NCBI GenBank assembly: GCA_964016885.1
Contig: OZ024755.1
Coordinates: 44,330,001-44,394,000 of the forward strand
Direction of reading: 5' to 3'
DNA length: 64,000 nucleotides
Source of the DNA: Eledone cirrhosa
Lineage: Eukaryota
Shown: positions 29,201 to 45,800 of the stretch, piece after piece
How the letters are laid out: every line of letters begins with the position of its first letter
Numbering within the stretch: the first letter of the stretch is position 1
Translations under genes and position numbers: made by a program
The notes under the pieces: model-generated
Told to the model about the DNA's origin: nothing
The model's database searches: none
What the model saw: only the letters and a program-made list of their open reading frames with translations

Positions 29201-32200
29201 GTGTATCAGAGTTGACAGTACCAACATATACTGTGTACCACAGTTGACAGTACCAACATATACTGTGTACCTCAGTTAACAGTACCCACATATACTGTGT
29301 ATCAGAGTTGACAGTACCAACATATACTGTGTATCACAGTTGACAGTACCAACATATACTGTGTACCAAAGTGTACACTAACAACATATACTGTGTACCA
29401 CAGTTGACAGTACCAACATATACTGTGTACCACAGTTGACAGTACCATCATATACTGTGTACCACATTTGACAGTACCAACGTATACTGTGTACCACAGT
29501 TGACAGTACCATCGTATACTGTGTACCACAGTTGATAGTACCAACGTATACTGTGTATCAGAGTTGACAGTACCAACATATACTCTGTACCACAGTTGAC
29601 AGTACCAAAATATACTGTGTACCACAGCTGACACTACCAACATATACTTGTAACTCTGTTGACGGTACTAACATATACTGTGTACCACAGTTGACGGTAC
29701 CAACGTATACTGTGTACCACAGTTGAAAGTACCAACGTATCCTGTGTACCACAGTTGACAGTACCAACATATACTGTGTACCACAGTTGACAATACCAAC
29801 ATATACTGTTTACCACAGTTGACAGTACCAACGTATACTGTGTACCATTGTTGACAATACCAACATATACTGTGTACCACAGTTGACAGTACCAACATAT
29901 ACAGTGTACCACAGTTGACAGTACCAACATATACTGTGTACCACAGTTGACAGTACCAACATATACTGTGTACCACAGTTGACAGTACCAACATATACTG
30001 GGTGCCACTTTTCACAGTACCAACATATACTGTGTACCACAGTTGACAATGCCATCATATAGTGTGTACCACAGTTGACAGTACCAACATATACTGTGTA
30101 CCACAGTTGACAGTACCATCTTATACTGTGTACCACAGTTGACAGTACCAACGTATACTGTGTACCACAGTTGACAGTACTAACATATACTGTGTACCAT
30201 AGTTGAAAGTACCAACGTATACTGTGTACCACAGTTGACTGTACCAACATATACTGTGTACCACAGTTGACAGTACCAACGTATACTGTGTACCACAGTT
30301 GACAATACCAACATATACTATGTACCACAGTTGACAGTACCAACATATACTGTATACCACAGTTGACAGTACCAACATATACTGTGTACCAGAGTTGACA
30401 GTACCAACATATACTGTGTACCACAGTTGACAGTACCAACATATACTGTATACCACAGTTAACAGTACCAACATATACTGTGTACCACTGTTGACAGTAC
30501 CAACACATACCGTGTACCACAGTTGACAGTACCAACATATACTGTGTACCACAGCTGACACTACCAACATATAGTTGTACCTCAGTTGACAGTACTACCA
30601 TATATTGTGTACCACCGTTGACAATACCAACGTATACTGTGTACCACAGTTGACAGTACCAACGTATACTGTGTACCACAGTTGACAGTACCAACATATA
30701 CTGTGTACCACAGCTGACAATACCAGCATATACTGTTTACCACAGTTGACAGTACCAACGTATACTGTGTACCACAGTTGCCAATGCCAAAATATACTGT
30801 GTACCACAGTTGACAGTACCAACGTATACTGTGTACCACAGTTGACAGTACCAACGTATATTGTGTACCACAGTTGACAGTACAAACATACACTGTGTAC
30901 GACAGTTGACAGTACCAACATATACTGTGTACCACAGTTGAGAGTACCAACATAAACTGTGTACCACAGTTGACAGTACCAACATATACTGTGTACCACA
31001 GTTGATAGTACCAACATATACTGTGTACCACAGTTGACAGTACCAACATATACTGTATACCACAGTTGACAGTACCAACATATACTGTATACCACAGTTG
31101 ACAGTACCAACATATACTGTGTACCACAGTTGACAGTACCAACATATACTGTGTACCACAGTTGACAGTACCAACATATAATGTGTACCACAGTTGACAG
31201 TACTAACATATACTGTCTACTACAGTTGACAGTACCAACATATACTGTGTACCACAGTTGACAGTACCAACATGGACTGTGTACCACAGTTGACAGTGCC
31301 AACATATACTGTGTACCACATTTGGCAGTACCAACATATACTGTGTACCTCAGTTGACAGTACCAACATATATTGTGTACCAAAGTTGACAGTACCAACG
31401 TATACTGTGTACCACAGTTGACAGTACCAACGTATATTGTGTACCACAGTTGACAGTACCAACATATACAGTGTACCACAGTTGACAGTACCAACATATA
31501 CTGTGTACCACAGTTGACAGTACCAACATATACTGTGTACCACAGTTGACAGTACCAACATGTACCGTGAACCACAGTTGACAGTACCAACGTATACTGT
31601 GTACCACAGTTGAGAGTAACAACGTATAGTGTGTACCACAGTTGACAGTACCAACATATACTGTGTACCACAGTTGACAGTACCAACATATACTGTGTAC
31701 CGCAGTTCACAGGACCAACGTATACTGTGTACCACATTTGACAGTACCAACATATACTGTGTACCACAGTTGACAGTACCAACATATACTGTGTACCACT
31801 GTTGACAGTACCAACATATACCGTGTACCACAGTTGACAGTACCAACATATACTGTGTACCACTGTTGACAGTACCAACATATACTGTGTACCACAGCTG
31901 ACAGTACCAACATATACTGTATACCACAGTTGACAGTACCAACATATACTGTGTACCACAGTTGACAGTACCAACATATACTGTGTACCACAGTTGACTG
32001 TACCAACATATACTGTGTACCACAGTTGACAGTACCAATGTATACTGTGTACCACTGTTGACAGTACCAACATATACTGTGTACCACAGTTGACAGTAGC
32101 AACGTATACTGTGTACCACAGTTGACAGTTCCAACATATAACGTGTACCACAGTTGGCAGTACCATCATATACTGTGTACCACAGTTGACAGTACCAACA

Positions 32201-35200
32201 TATACTGGGTACCACAGTTGACAGTACCAACGTATATTGTGTACCACAGTTGACAGTAGCAACGTATACTGTGTACCACAGTTGACAGTTCCAACATATA
32301 ACGTGTACCACAGTTGGCAGTACCATCATATACTGTGTACCACAGTTAACAGTACCAACATATACTGTGTACCATAATTGACAGTACCAACGTATATTGT
32401 GTACCACAGTTGACAGTACCAACATACACCGTGTACGACAGTTGACAGTACCAACATATACTGTGTACCACAGTTGAGAGTACCAACATATACTGTGTAC
32501 CACAGTTGACAGTACCAACATATACTGTGTACCACAGTTGAGAGTACCAACATATACTGTGTACCTCAGTTGACAGTACCAACATATACTGTGTACCACA
32601 GTTGACAGTACCAACGTATACTGTGTACCACAGTTGAAAGTATCTATATATACTGTGTACCACAGTTGACAGTACCAACATATACAGTGTACCACAGTTG
32701 ACAGTACCATCATATACTGTGTACCACAGTTGACAGTACCAACATATACTGTGTACCACAGTTGACAGTACCAACGTATACTGTGTACCACAGTTGACAG
32801 TACCAACGTATATTGTGTACCACAGTTGACAGTACCAACATATACTGTGTACGACAGTTGACAATACCAACATATACTGTGTACCACAGTTGACAGTACC
32901 AACGTATACTGTGTACCACTGTTGACAATACCAACATATAATGTGTACCACAGTTCACAGTACCAACATATACAATGTACCACAATTGACAGTACCAACA
33001 TATACTGTGTACCACAGTTGACAGTACCAACATATAATGTGTACCACAATTGACAGTACCAACATGTACCGTGTACGACAGTTGACAGTACCAATGTATA
33101 CTGTGTACCACTGTTGACAGTACCAACATATACTGTGTACCACAGTTGACAATACCAACATATACTGTGTACCACAGTTGAAAGTACCAACGTATACTGT
33201 GTACCACAGTTGACAGTACCAACATATACTGTGTACCACAGTTGACAGTACAAACGTATACTGTGTACCACAGTTGACAATACCAACATATACTGTGTAC
33301 CACAGTTGACAGTACCAACATATACTGTATACCACAGTTGACAGTACCAACATATACTGTGTACCACAGTTGACAGTACCAACATATACTGTATACCACA
33401 TTTGACAGTACCAACAAATACTGTGTACCACATTTGACAATACCAACATATACTGTTTACCACAGTTGACAGTACCAACGTATACTGTGTACCACAGTTG
33501 ACAGTACCGACATATACTGTGTACCACAGTTGACAGTACCAATGTATACTGTGTACCACAGTTGACAGTACCAACGTATACTGTGTACCACAGTTGACAG
33601 TACCAACATATAACGTGTACCACAGTTGGCAGTACCATCATATAACGTGTACGACAGTTGACAGTACCAAGATATAGTGTGTACCACAGTTGAGTGTACC
33701 AACATAAACTGTGTACCACAGTTGACCGTACCAACATATACTGTATACCACAGTTGACAGTACCAACATATACTGTGTACCACAGTTGACAGTACCAACA
33801 TATACTGTGTACCACAGTTGACAGTACCAACATATACTGTGTACCACAGTTGATAGTACTAACATATACTGTGTACTACAGTTAACAGTACCAACATATA
33901 CTGTGTACCACAGTTGACAGTACCAACATATACTGTGTACCACAGTTGACAGTACCAACATGTACCGTGAACCACAGTTGATAGTACCAACGTATACTGT
34001 GTACCACAGTTGACAGTGCCAACATATACTGTGTACCACATTTGGCAGTACCAACATATACTGTGTACCTCAGTTGACAGTACCAACATATATTGTGTAC
34101 CAAAGTTGACAGTACCAACGTATACTGTGTACCACAGTTGACAGTACCAACGTATATTGTGTACCACAGTTGACAGTACCAACATATACAGTGTACCACA
34201 GTTGACAGTACCAACATATACTGTGTACCACAGTTGACAGTACCAACATATACTGTGTACCACAGTTGACAGTACCAACATGTACCGTGAACCACAGTTG
34301 ACAGTACCAACATATACTGTGTACCACTGTTGACAGTACCAACATATACCGTGTACCACAGATGACAGTACCAACATATACTGTGTAACACTGTTGACAG
34401 TACCAACATATACTGTGTACCACAGTTGACAGTACCAACATATACTGTATATCACAGTTGACAGTACCAACATATACTGTGTACCACAGTTGACAGTACC
34501 AACATATACTGTGTACCACATTTGACTGTACCAACATATAGTGTATACCACAGTTGACAGTACCAACATATACTGTGCACCACTGTTGACAGTACCAACA
34601 TATACCGTGTACCACAGTTGACAGTACCAACATATACTGTGTACCACAGCTGACACTACCAAAATATACTTGTACCTCAGTTGACAGTACTAACATGTAT
34701 TGTGTACCACCGTTGACAGTACCAACGTATACTGTGTACCACATTTGACAGTACCAACGTATATTGTGTACCACAGTTGACAGTACCAACATATACTGTG
34801 TACAACAGTTGACAGTACCAACATATACTGTGTACCACAGTTGACAGTACCAACATATACTGTGTACCACAGTTGACAGTAGCAACTTATACTGTGTACC
34901 ACAGTTGACAGTTCCAACATATAACGTGTACTACAGTTGGCAGTACCATCATATACTGTGTACCACAGTTGACAGTACCAACATATACTGGGTACCACAG
35001 TTGACAGTACCAACATATACTGTGTACCATAGTTGACAGTACCAACGTATATTGTGTACCACAGTTGACAGTACAAACATACACCGTGTACGACAGTTGA
35101 CAGTACCAACATATACTGTGTACCACATTTGAGAGTACCAACATATACTGTGTACCACAGTTGACAGTACCAACATATACTGTGTACCACAGTTGACAGT

Positions 35201-38200
35201 ACCAACATATACTGTGTACCACAGTTGACAGTACCAACATATACTGTATACCACAGTTGACAGTACCAACATATACTGTGTACCACAGTTGACAGTACCA
35301 ACATATACTGTGTACCACAGTTGACAGTAGTAATATATACTGTGTACTACAGTTGACAGTACTAACATATACTGTGTACCACAGTTGACAGTACCAACAT
35401 ATACTGTGTACCACAGTTGACAGTACCAACATATACTGTGTACCTCAGTTAACAGTACCCACATATACTGTGTACCACAGTTGACAGTACCAACATATAC
35501 TGTGTACCACAGTTGACAGTACCAACATATACTGTGTACCACAGTTGACAGTACCAACATATACTGTGTACCACAGTTAACAGTACCAACATATACTGTG
35601 TACCATATTTGACAGTACCAACGTATACTGTGTACCACAGTTGACAGTACCAACGTATACTGTGTACCAGAGTTGACAGTACCAACATATACTGTGTACC
35701 ACAGTTGACAGTACCAAAATATACTGTGTACCACAGCTGACACTACCAACATATACTTGTAACTCTGTTGACAGTACTAACATATACTGTGTACCACAGT
35801 TGACAGTACCAACATATACTGTGTACCACAGTTGACAGTACCAACATATACTGTGTACCACAGTTGACAGTACCAACATATACTGTGTACCACAGTTGAT
35901 AGTACTAACATATACTGTGTACTACAGTTAACAGTACCAACATATACTGTGTACCACAGTTGACAGTACCAACATATACTGTGTACCACAGTTGACAGTA
36001 CCAACATGTACCGTGAACCACAGTTGATAGTACCAACGTATACTGTGTACCACAGTTGACAGTGCCAACATATACTGTGTACCACATTTGGCAGTACCAA
36101 CATATACTGTGTACCTCAGTTGACAGTACCAACATATATTGTGTACCAAAGTTGACAGTACCAACGTATACTGTGTACCACAGTTGACAGTACCAACGTA
36201 TATTGTGTACCACAGTTGACAGTACCAACATATACAGTGTACCACAGTTGACAGTACCAACATATACTGTGTACCACAGTTGACAGTACCAACATATACT
36301 GTGTACCACAGTTGACAGTACCAACATGTACCGTGAACCACAGTTGACAGTACCAACATATACTGTGTACCACTGTTGACAGTACCAACATATACCGTGT
36401 ACCACAGATGACAGTACCAACATATACTGTGTACCACTGTTGACAGTACCAACATATACTGTGTACCACAGTTGACAGTACCAACATATACTGTATATCA
36501 CAGTTGACAGTACCAACATATACTGTGTACCACAGTTGACAGTACCAACATATACTGTGTACCACATTTGACTGTACCAACATATAGTGTATACCACAGT
36601 TGACAGTACCAACATATACTGTGCACCACTGTTGACAGTACCAACATATACCGTGTACCACAGTTGACAGTACCAACATATACTGTGTACCACAGCTGAC
36701 ACTACCAAAATATACTTGTACCTCAGTTGACAGTACTAACATGTATTGTGTACCACCGTTGACAGTACCAACGTATACTGTGTACCACATTTGACAGTAC
36801 CAACGTATATTGTGTACCACAGTTGACAGTACCAACATATACTGTGTACAACAGTTGACAGTACCAACATATACTGTGTACCACAGTTGACAGTACCAAC
36901 ATATACTGTGTACCACAGTTGACAGTAGCAACTTATACTGTGTACCACAGTTGACAGTTCCAACATATAAAGTGTACTACAGTTGGCAGTACCATCATAT
37001 ACTGTGTACCACAGTTGACAGTACCAACATATACTGGGTACCACAGTTGACAGTACCAACATATACTGTGTACCATAGTTGACAGTACCAACGTATATTG
37101 TGTACCACAGTTGACAGTACAAACATACACCGTGTACGACAGTTGACAGTACCAACATATACTGTGTACCACATTTGAGAGTACCAACATATACTGTGTA
37201 CCACAGTTGACAGTACCAACATATACTGTGTACCACAGTTGACAGTACCAACATATACTGTGTACCACAGTTGACAGTACCAACATATACTGTATACCAC
37301 AGTTGACAGTACCAACATATACTGTGTACCACAGTTGACAGTACCAACATATACTGTGTACCACAGTTGACAGTAGTAATATATACTGTGTACTACAGTT
37401 GACAGTACTAACATATACTGTGTACCACAGTTGACAGTACCAACATATACTGTGTACCACAGTTGACAGTACCAACATATACTGTGTACCTCAGTTAACA
37501 GTACCCACATATACTGTGTACCACAGTTGACAGTACCAACATATACTGTGTACCACAGTTGACAGTACCAACATATACTGTGTACCACAGTTGACAGTAC
37601 CAACATATACTGTGTACCACAGTTAACAGTACCAACATATACTGTGTACCATATTTGACAGTACCAACGTATACTGTGTACCACAGTTGACAGTACCAAC
37701 GTATACTGTGTACCAGAGTTGACAGTACCAACATATACTGTGTACCACAGTTGACAGTACCAAAATATACTGTGTACCACAGCTGACACTACCAACATAT
37801 ACTTGTAACTCTGTTGACAGTACTAACATATACTGTGTACCACAGTTGACAGTACCAACGTATACTGTGTACCACAGTTGAAAGTACCAACGTATACTGT
37901 GTACCACAGTTGACAGTACCAACATATACTGTGTACCACAGTTGACAGTACCAACGTATACTGTGTACCACTGTTGACAGTACCAACATATACTGTATAC
38001 CACAGTTGACAGTACCAACATATACAGTTTACCACAGTTGACAGTACCAACATATACTGTGTACCACAGTTGACAGTACCAACATATACTGTGTACCACA
38101 GCTGACACTACCAACATATACTTGTACCTCAGTTGACAGTACTAACATATACTGTTTACCACAGTTGACAGTACCAACGTATACTGTGTTCCACAGTTGA

Positions 38201-41200
38201 CAGTACCAACATATACAATGTACCACATTTGACAGTACCAACATATACTGTGTACCACAGTTGACAGTACCAACATATACTGTGTACCACAGTTGACAGT
38301 ACCAACATATACTGTGTACCACAGTTGAGAGTACCAACGTATACTGTGTACCACAGTTGACAGTACCAGCGTATACTGTGTACCACAGTTGACAATACCA
38401 ACATATACTGTGTACCACAGTTGACAGTACCAACGTATACTGTGTACCACAGTTGACAATGCCAACATATACTGTGTACCACAGTTGACAGTACCAACAT
38501 ATACTGTGTACCACAGTTGACAGTACCAACATATACTGTGTACCACAGTTGACAGTACCAACATATACTGTGTACCACAGTTGATAGTACCAACATATAC
38601 TGTGTACCACAGTTGACAGTACCAACATATACTGTGTACCACAGTTGACAGTACCAACATATACAGTTTACCACAGTTGACAGTACCAACATATACTGTG
38701 TACCACAGTTGACAGTACCAACATATACTGTGTACCACAGCTGACACTACCAACATAAACCGTGTACGACAGTTGACAGTACCAACATATACTGTGTACC
38801 ACAGTTGAGAGTACGAACATAAACTGTGTACCACAGTTGACAGTACCAACATATACTGTGTACCACAGTTGACAGTACCAACATATACTGTGTACCACAG
38901 TTGACCGTAGCAACATATACTGTATACCACAGTTGACAGTACTAACATATACTGTGTACCACAGTTGACAGTACCAACATATACTGTGTACCACAGTTGA
39001 CAGTACCAACATATACTGTGTACCACAGTTGACAGTACTAACATATACTGTGTACTACAGTTGACAGTACCAACATATACTGTGTACCACAGTTGACAGT
39101 ACCAACATATACTGTGTACCACAGTTGACAGTACCAACATGTACCGTGAACCACAGTTGACAGTACCAACGTATACTGTGTACGACAGTTGACAGTGCCA
39201 ACATATACTGTGTACCACATTTGGCAGTACCAACATATACTGTGTACCTCAGTTGACAGTACCAACATATATTGTGTACCAAAGTTGACAGTACCAACGT
39301 ATACTGTGTACCACAGTTGACAGTACCAACGTATATTGTGTACCACAGTTGACAGTAACAACATCTACAGTGTACCACATTTGACAGTACCAACATATAC
39401 TGTGTACCACAGTTGACAGTACCAACATATACTGTGTACCACAGTTGACAGTACCAACATATACTGTGTACCACTGTTGACAGTACCAACATATACTGTG
39501 TACCACAGTTGACAGTACCAACATATACTGTGTACCACTGTTGACAGTACCAACATATACTGTGTACCACAGTTGACAGTACCAACATATACTGTGTACC
39601 ACAGTTGACTTTACCAACATATAGTGTATACCACAGTTGACAGTACCAACATATACTGTGTACCACTGTTGACAGTACCAACATATACCGTGTACCACAG
39701 TTGACAGTACCAACATATACTGTGTACCACAGCTGACACTACCAAAATATACTTGTACCTCAGTTGACAGTACTAACATATATTGTGTACCACCATTGAC
39801 AGTACCAACGTATACTGTGTACCACAGTTGACAGTACCAACGTATATTGTGTACCACAGTTGACAGTACCAACATATACTCTGTACAACAGTTGACAGTA
39901 CCAACATATACTGTGTACCACAGTTGACAGTACCAACATATACTGTGTACCACAGTTGACAGTACCAATGTATACTGTGTACCACTGTTGATAGTACCAA
40001 CATATACTGTGTACCACAGTTGACAGTAGCAACGTATACTGTGTACCACAGTTGACAGTTACAACATATAACGTGTACTACAGTTGGCAGTACCATCATA
40101 TACTGTGTACCACAGTTGACAGTACCAACATATACTGGGTACCACAGTTGACAGTACCAACATATACTGTGTACCATAGTTGACAGTACCAACGTATATT
40201 GTGTACCACAGTTGACAGTACAAACATACACCGTGTACGACAGTTGACAGTACCAACATATACTGTGTACCACAGTTGAGAGTACCAACATATACTGTGT
40301 ACCACAGTTGACAGTACCAACATATACTGTGAACCACAGTTGACAGTACCAACATATACTGTGTACCACAGTTGACAGTACCAACATATACTGTATACCA
40401 CAGTTGACAGTACCAACATATACTGTGTACCACAGTTGACAGTACCAACATATACTGTGTACCACAGTTGACAGTAGTAATATATACTGTGTACTACAGT
40501 TGACAGTACCAACATATACTGTGTACCACAGTTGACAGTACCAACATATACTGTGTACCACAGTTGACAGTACCAACATATACTGTGTACCTCAGTTAAC
40601 AGTACCCACATATACTGTGTACCACAGTTGACAGTACCAACATATACTTGTACCACAGTTGACAGTACCAACATATACTGTGTACCACAGTTGACAGTAC
40701 CAACATATACTGTGTACCACAGTTAACAGAACCAACATATACTGTGTACCATATTTGACAGTACCAACGTATACTGTGTACCACAGTTGACAGTACCAAC
40801 GTATACTGTGTACCAGAGTTGACAGTACCAACATATACTGTGTACCACAGTTGACAGTACCAAAATATACTGTGTACCACAGCTGACATTACCAACATAT
40901 ACTTGTAACTCTGTTGACAGTACTAACATATACTGTGTACCACAGTTGACAGTACCAACGTATACTGTGTACCACAGTTGAAAGTACCAACGTATACTGT
41001 GTACCACAGTTGACAGTACCAACATATACTGTGTACCACAGTTGACAGTACCAACGTATACTGTGTACCACTGTTGACAGTACCAGCATATACTGTATAA
41101 CACAGTTGACAGTACCAACATATACAGTTTACCACAGTTGACAGTACCAACATATACTGTGTACCACAGTTGACAGTACCAACATATACTGTGTACCACA

Positions 41201-42822
41201 GCTGACACTACCAACATATACTTGTACCTCAGTTGACAGTACTAACATATACTGTATACCACAGTTGACAGTACCAACGTATATTGTGTTCCACAGTTGA
41301 CAGTACCAACATATACAATGTACCACATTTGACAGTACCAACATATACTGTGTACCACAGTTGACAGTACCAACATATACTGTGTACCACAGTTGACAGT
41401 ACCAACATATACAATGTACCACATTTGACAGTACCAACATATACTGTGTACCACAGTTGACAGTACCAACATATACTTGTACCACAGTTGACAGTACCAA
41501 CATATACTGTGTACCACAGTTGACAGTACCAACGTATACTGTGTACCACAGTTGACAGTACAAACGTATACTGTGTACCACAGTTGACAATACCAACATA
41601 TACTGTGTACCACAGTTGACAGTACCAACGTATATTGTGTACCACAGTTGACAATACCAACATATACTGTGTACCACAGTTGACAGTACCAACATATACT
41701 GTATACCACAGTTGACAGTACCAACATATACTGTGTACCACAGTTGACAGAACCAACATATACTGTGTACCACAGTTGACATTACCAACATATACTGTAT
41801 ACCATAGTTGACAGTACCAACATATACTGTGTACCACTGTTGACAGTACCAACATATACCGTGTACCACAGTTGACAGTACCAACATATACTGTGTATCA
41901 CAGCTGACACTACCAACATATACTTGTACCTCAGTTGACAGTACTACCATATATTGTGTACCACCGTTGACAATACCAACGTATACTGTGTACCACAGTT
42001 GACAGTACCAACGTATACTGTGTACCACAGTTGACAGTACCAACATATACTGTGTACCACAGTTGACAATACCAACATATACTGTGTACCACAGTTGACA
42101 GTACCAACATATACTGTGTACCACAGTTGACAGTACCAATGTATACTGTGTACCACTGTTGACAGTACCAAAATATACTGTGTGCCACAGTTGACAGTAC
42201 TAAGGGTATACTGTGTACCACACTTGACAGTACCAACATATGACGTGTACCACAGTTGGCAGTACCATCATATACTGTGTACAACAGTTGACAGTACCAA
42301 CATATACTGTGTACCACAGTTGACAGTACCAACATATACTGTGTACCATAGTTGACAGTACCAACGTATATTGTGTACCACAGTTGACAGTACCAACATA
42401 CACCGTGTACGACAGTTGACAGTACCAACATATACTGTGTACCACAGTTGAGAGTACCAACATAAACTGTGTACCATAGTTGACAGTACCAACATATACT
42501 GTGTACCACAGTTGACAGTACCAACATATACTGTGTACCACAGTTGACAGTACCAACATATACTGTATACCACAGTTGACAGTACCAACATATACTGTGT
42601 ACCACAGTTGACAGTACCAACATATACTGTGTACCACAGTTGACAGTACTAACATATACTGTGTACTACAGTTGACAGTACCAACATATACTGTGTACCA
42701 CAGTTGACAGTACCAACATGTACTGTGTACGTCAGTTGACAGTACCAACATATACTGTGTACCACAGTTGGCAGTACCAACATATAATGTGTACCTCAGT
42801 TGTCAGTACCAACATATACTGT
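23251..42822. repeat. Mega-unit 2 (long type), near-identical copy of unit 1 differing by whole-monomer gains and losses
   Basis: It is collinear with 1-23250 in order of variant markers. It lacks the 4,252-bp duplication and a ~1.4-kb segment, and gains a 2,046-bp duplication. Confidence 0.85.
33750..37841. repeat. Tandem block duplication, 2,046-bp period (64 monomers, two of them 31 bp)
   Basis: ORF pairs 33859/35905, 34070/36116, 34690/36736 and 35449/37495 are offset by 2046. The junction is at ~35790-35890. Confidence 0.9.
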
Positions 42823-45800
42823 GTACCACAGTTGAGAGTACCAACGTATACTGTGTACCACAGTTGACAGTACCAACGTATACTGTGTACCACCGCTGAC
42901 AGTACCAATATATACTGTGTAACAAAGTTGACAATACCAACATATAATGTGTACCACAGTTGACAGTACCAACGTATACTGTGTACCACTGTTGACAATA
43001 CCAACATATACTGTGTACCACAGTTGACAGTACCAACATATACAGTGTACCACAGTTGACAGTACCAACATATACTGTGTACCACAGTTCACAGTACCAA
43101 CGTATACTGTGTACCACATTTGACAGTACCAACATATACTGTGTACCACAGTTGACAGTACCAACATATACTGTGTACCACTGTTGACAGTACCAACATA
43201 TACCGTGTACCACAGTTGACAGTACCAACATATACTGTGTACCACTGTTGACAGTACCAACATATACTGTGTACCACAGTTGACAGTACCAACATGTACC
43301 TTGTACCACAGTTGACAGTACCAACATATACTGTGTACCACAGTTGACAATACCAACATATACTGTGTACCACAGTTGAAAGTACCAACTTATACTTTGT
43401 ACCACAGTTGACAGTACCAACATATACTGTGTACCACAGTTGACAGTACCATCATATACTGTGTACGACAGTTGACAGTACCAACATATACTGTATACCA
43501 CAGTTGACAGTACCAACATATACTGTGTACCACAGCTGACACTACCAACATATACTTGTACCTCAGTTGACAGTACTACCATATATTGTGTACCACCGTT
43601 GACAATACCAACGTATACTGTGTACCACAGTTGACAGTACCAACACATATAGTGTACCACAGTTGACAGTACCAACGTATACTGTGTACCACAGTTGCCA
43701 ATGCCAACATATACTGTGTACCACAGTTGAGAGTACCAACATATACTGTGTACCACAGTTGACAGTACCAACATATACTGTGTACCACAGTTGACAGTAC
43801 CAATGTATACTGTGTACCACTGTTGACAGTACCAAAATATACTGTGTACCACAGTTGACAGTACCAACGTATACTGTGTACCACTGGTGACAGTACCAAC
43901 ATATAACGCGTACCACAGTTGGCAGTACCATCATATACTGTGTACCACAGTTGACAGTACCAACATATACTGTGTACCACAGTTGACAGTACCAACATAT
44001 ACTCTGTACCATAGCTGACATTACCAACGTATATTGTGTACCACAGTTGACAGTACCAACATACACCGTGTACGACAGTTGACAGTACCAACATATACTG
44101 TGTACCACATTTGAGAGTACCAACATAAACTGTGTACCACAGTTGACAGTACCAACATATACTGTGTACCACAGTTGACAGTACCAACATATACTGTATA
44201 CCACAGTTGACAGTACCAACACATACTGTGTACCACAGTTGACAGTACCAACATATACTGTGTACCACAGTTGACAGTACCAACATATACTGTGTACCAG
44301 AGTTGACAGTACCAACATATACTGTGTACCACAGTTGACAGTACTAACATATACTCTGTACTACAGTGGACAGTACCAACATATACTGTGTACCACAGTT
44401 GACAGTACCAACATGTACTGTGTACCACAGTTGACAGTACCAACATATACTGTGTACCTCAGTTGACACTACGAACATATACTGTGCACCACAGTGTACA
44501 GTACCAACGTATATTGTGTACCACAGTTGACAGTACCAACGTATGCTGTGTACCACAGTTGACCGTACCAACATATACTGTGTAACACAGTTGACAATAC
44601 CAACATTATACTGTGTACCACAGTTGACAGTACCAACGTATACTGTGTACCACTGTTGACAGTACCAAGGGTATACTGTGTACCACACTTGACAGTACCA
44701 ACATATAACGTGTACCACAGTTGGCAGTACCATCATATACTGTGTACCACAGTTGACAGTACCAACATATACTGTGTAGCACAGTTGACAGTACCAACAT
44801 ATACTGTGTACCATAGTTGACAGTACCAACGTATATTGTGTACCACAGTTGACAGTACCAACATACACCGTGTACGACAGTTGACAGTACCAACATATAC
44901 TGTGTACCACAGTTGAGAGTACCAACATAAAGTGTGTACCATAGTTGACAGTACCAACATATACTGTGTACCACAGTTGACAGTACCAACATATACTGTG
45001 TACCACAGTTGACAGTACCAACATATACTGTATACCACAGTTGACAGTACCAACATATACTGTGTACCACAGTTGACAGTACTAACATATACTGTGTACC
45101 ACAGTTGACAGTACCAACATATACTGTGTACCACAGTTGACAGTACTAACATATACTGTGTACTACAGTTGACAGTACCAACATATACTGTGTACCACAG
45201 TTGACAGTACCAACATGTACTGTGTACCACAGTTGACAGTACCAACATATACTGTGTACCACAGTTGGCAGTACCAACATATAATGTGTACCTCAGTTGT
45301 CAGTACCAACATATACTGTGTACCACAGTTGACAGTACCAACGTATACTGTGTACCACAGTTGACAGTACCAACGTATACTGTGTACCACCGCTGACAGT
45401 ACCAATATATACTGTGTAACACAGTTGACAATACCAACATATAATGTGTACCACAGTTGACAGTACCAACGTATACTGTGTACCACTGTTGACAATACTA
45501 ACATATACTGTGTACCACAGTTGACAGTACCAACATATACAGTGTACCACAGTTGACAGTACCAACATATACTGTGTACCACAGTTCACAGTACCAACGT
45601 ATACTGTGTACCACTTTTGACAGTACCAACATATACTGTGTACCACAGTTCACAGTACCAACATATACTGTGTACCACTGTTGACATTATCAACATATAG
45701 CGTTTCCCACAGTTGACAGTACCAACATATACAATGTACCTCTGTTGACAGTACCAACATATACTGTGTACCACAGTTGACAGTACCAACATGTGCCGTG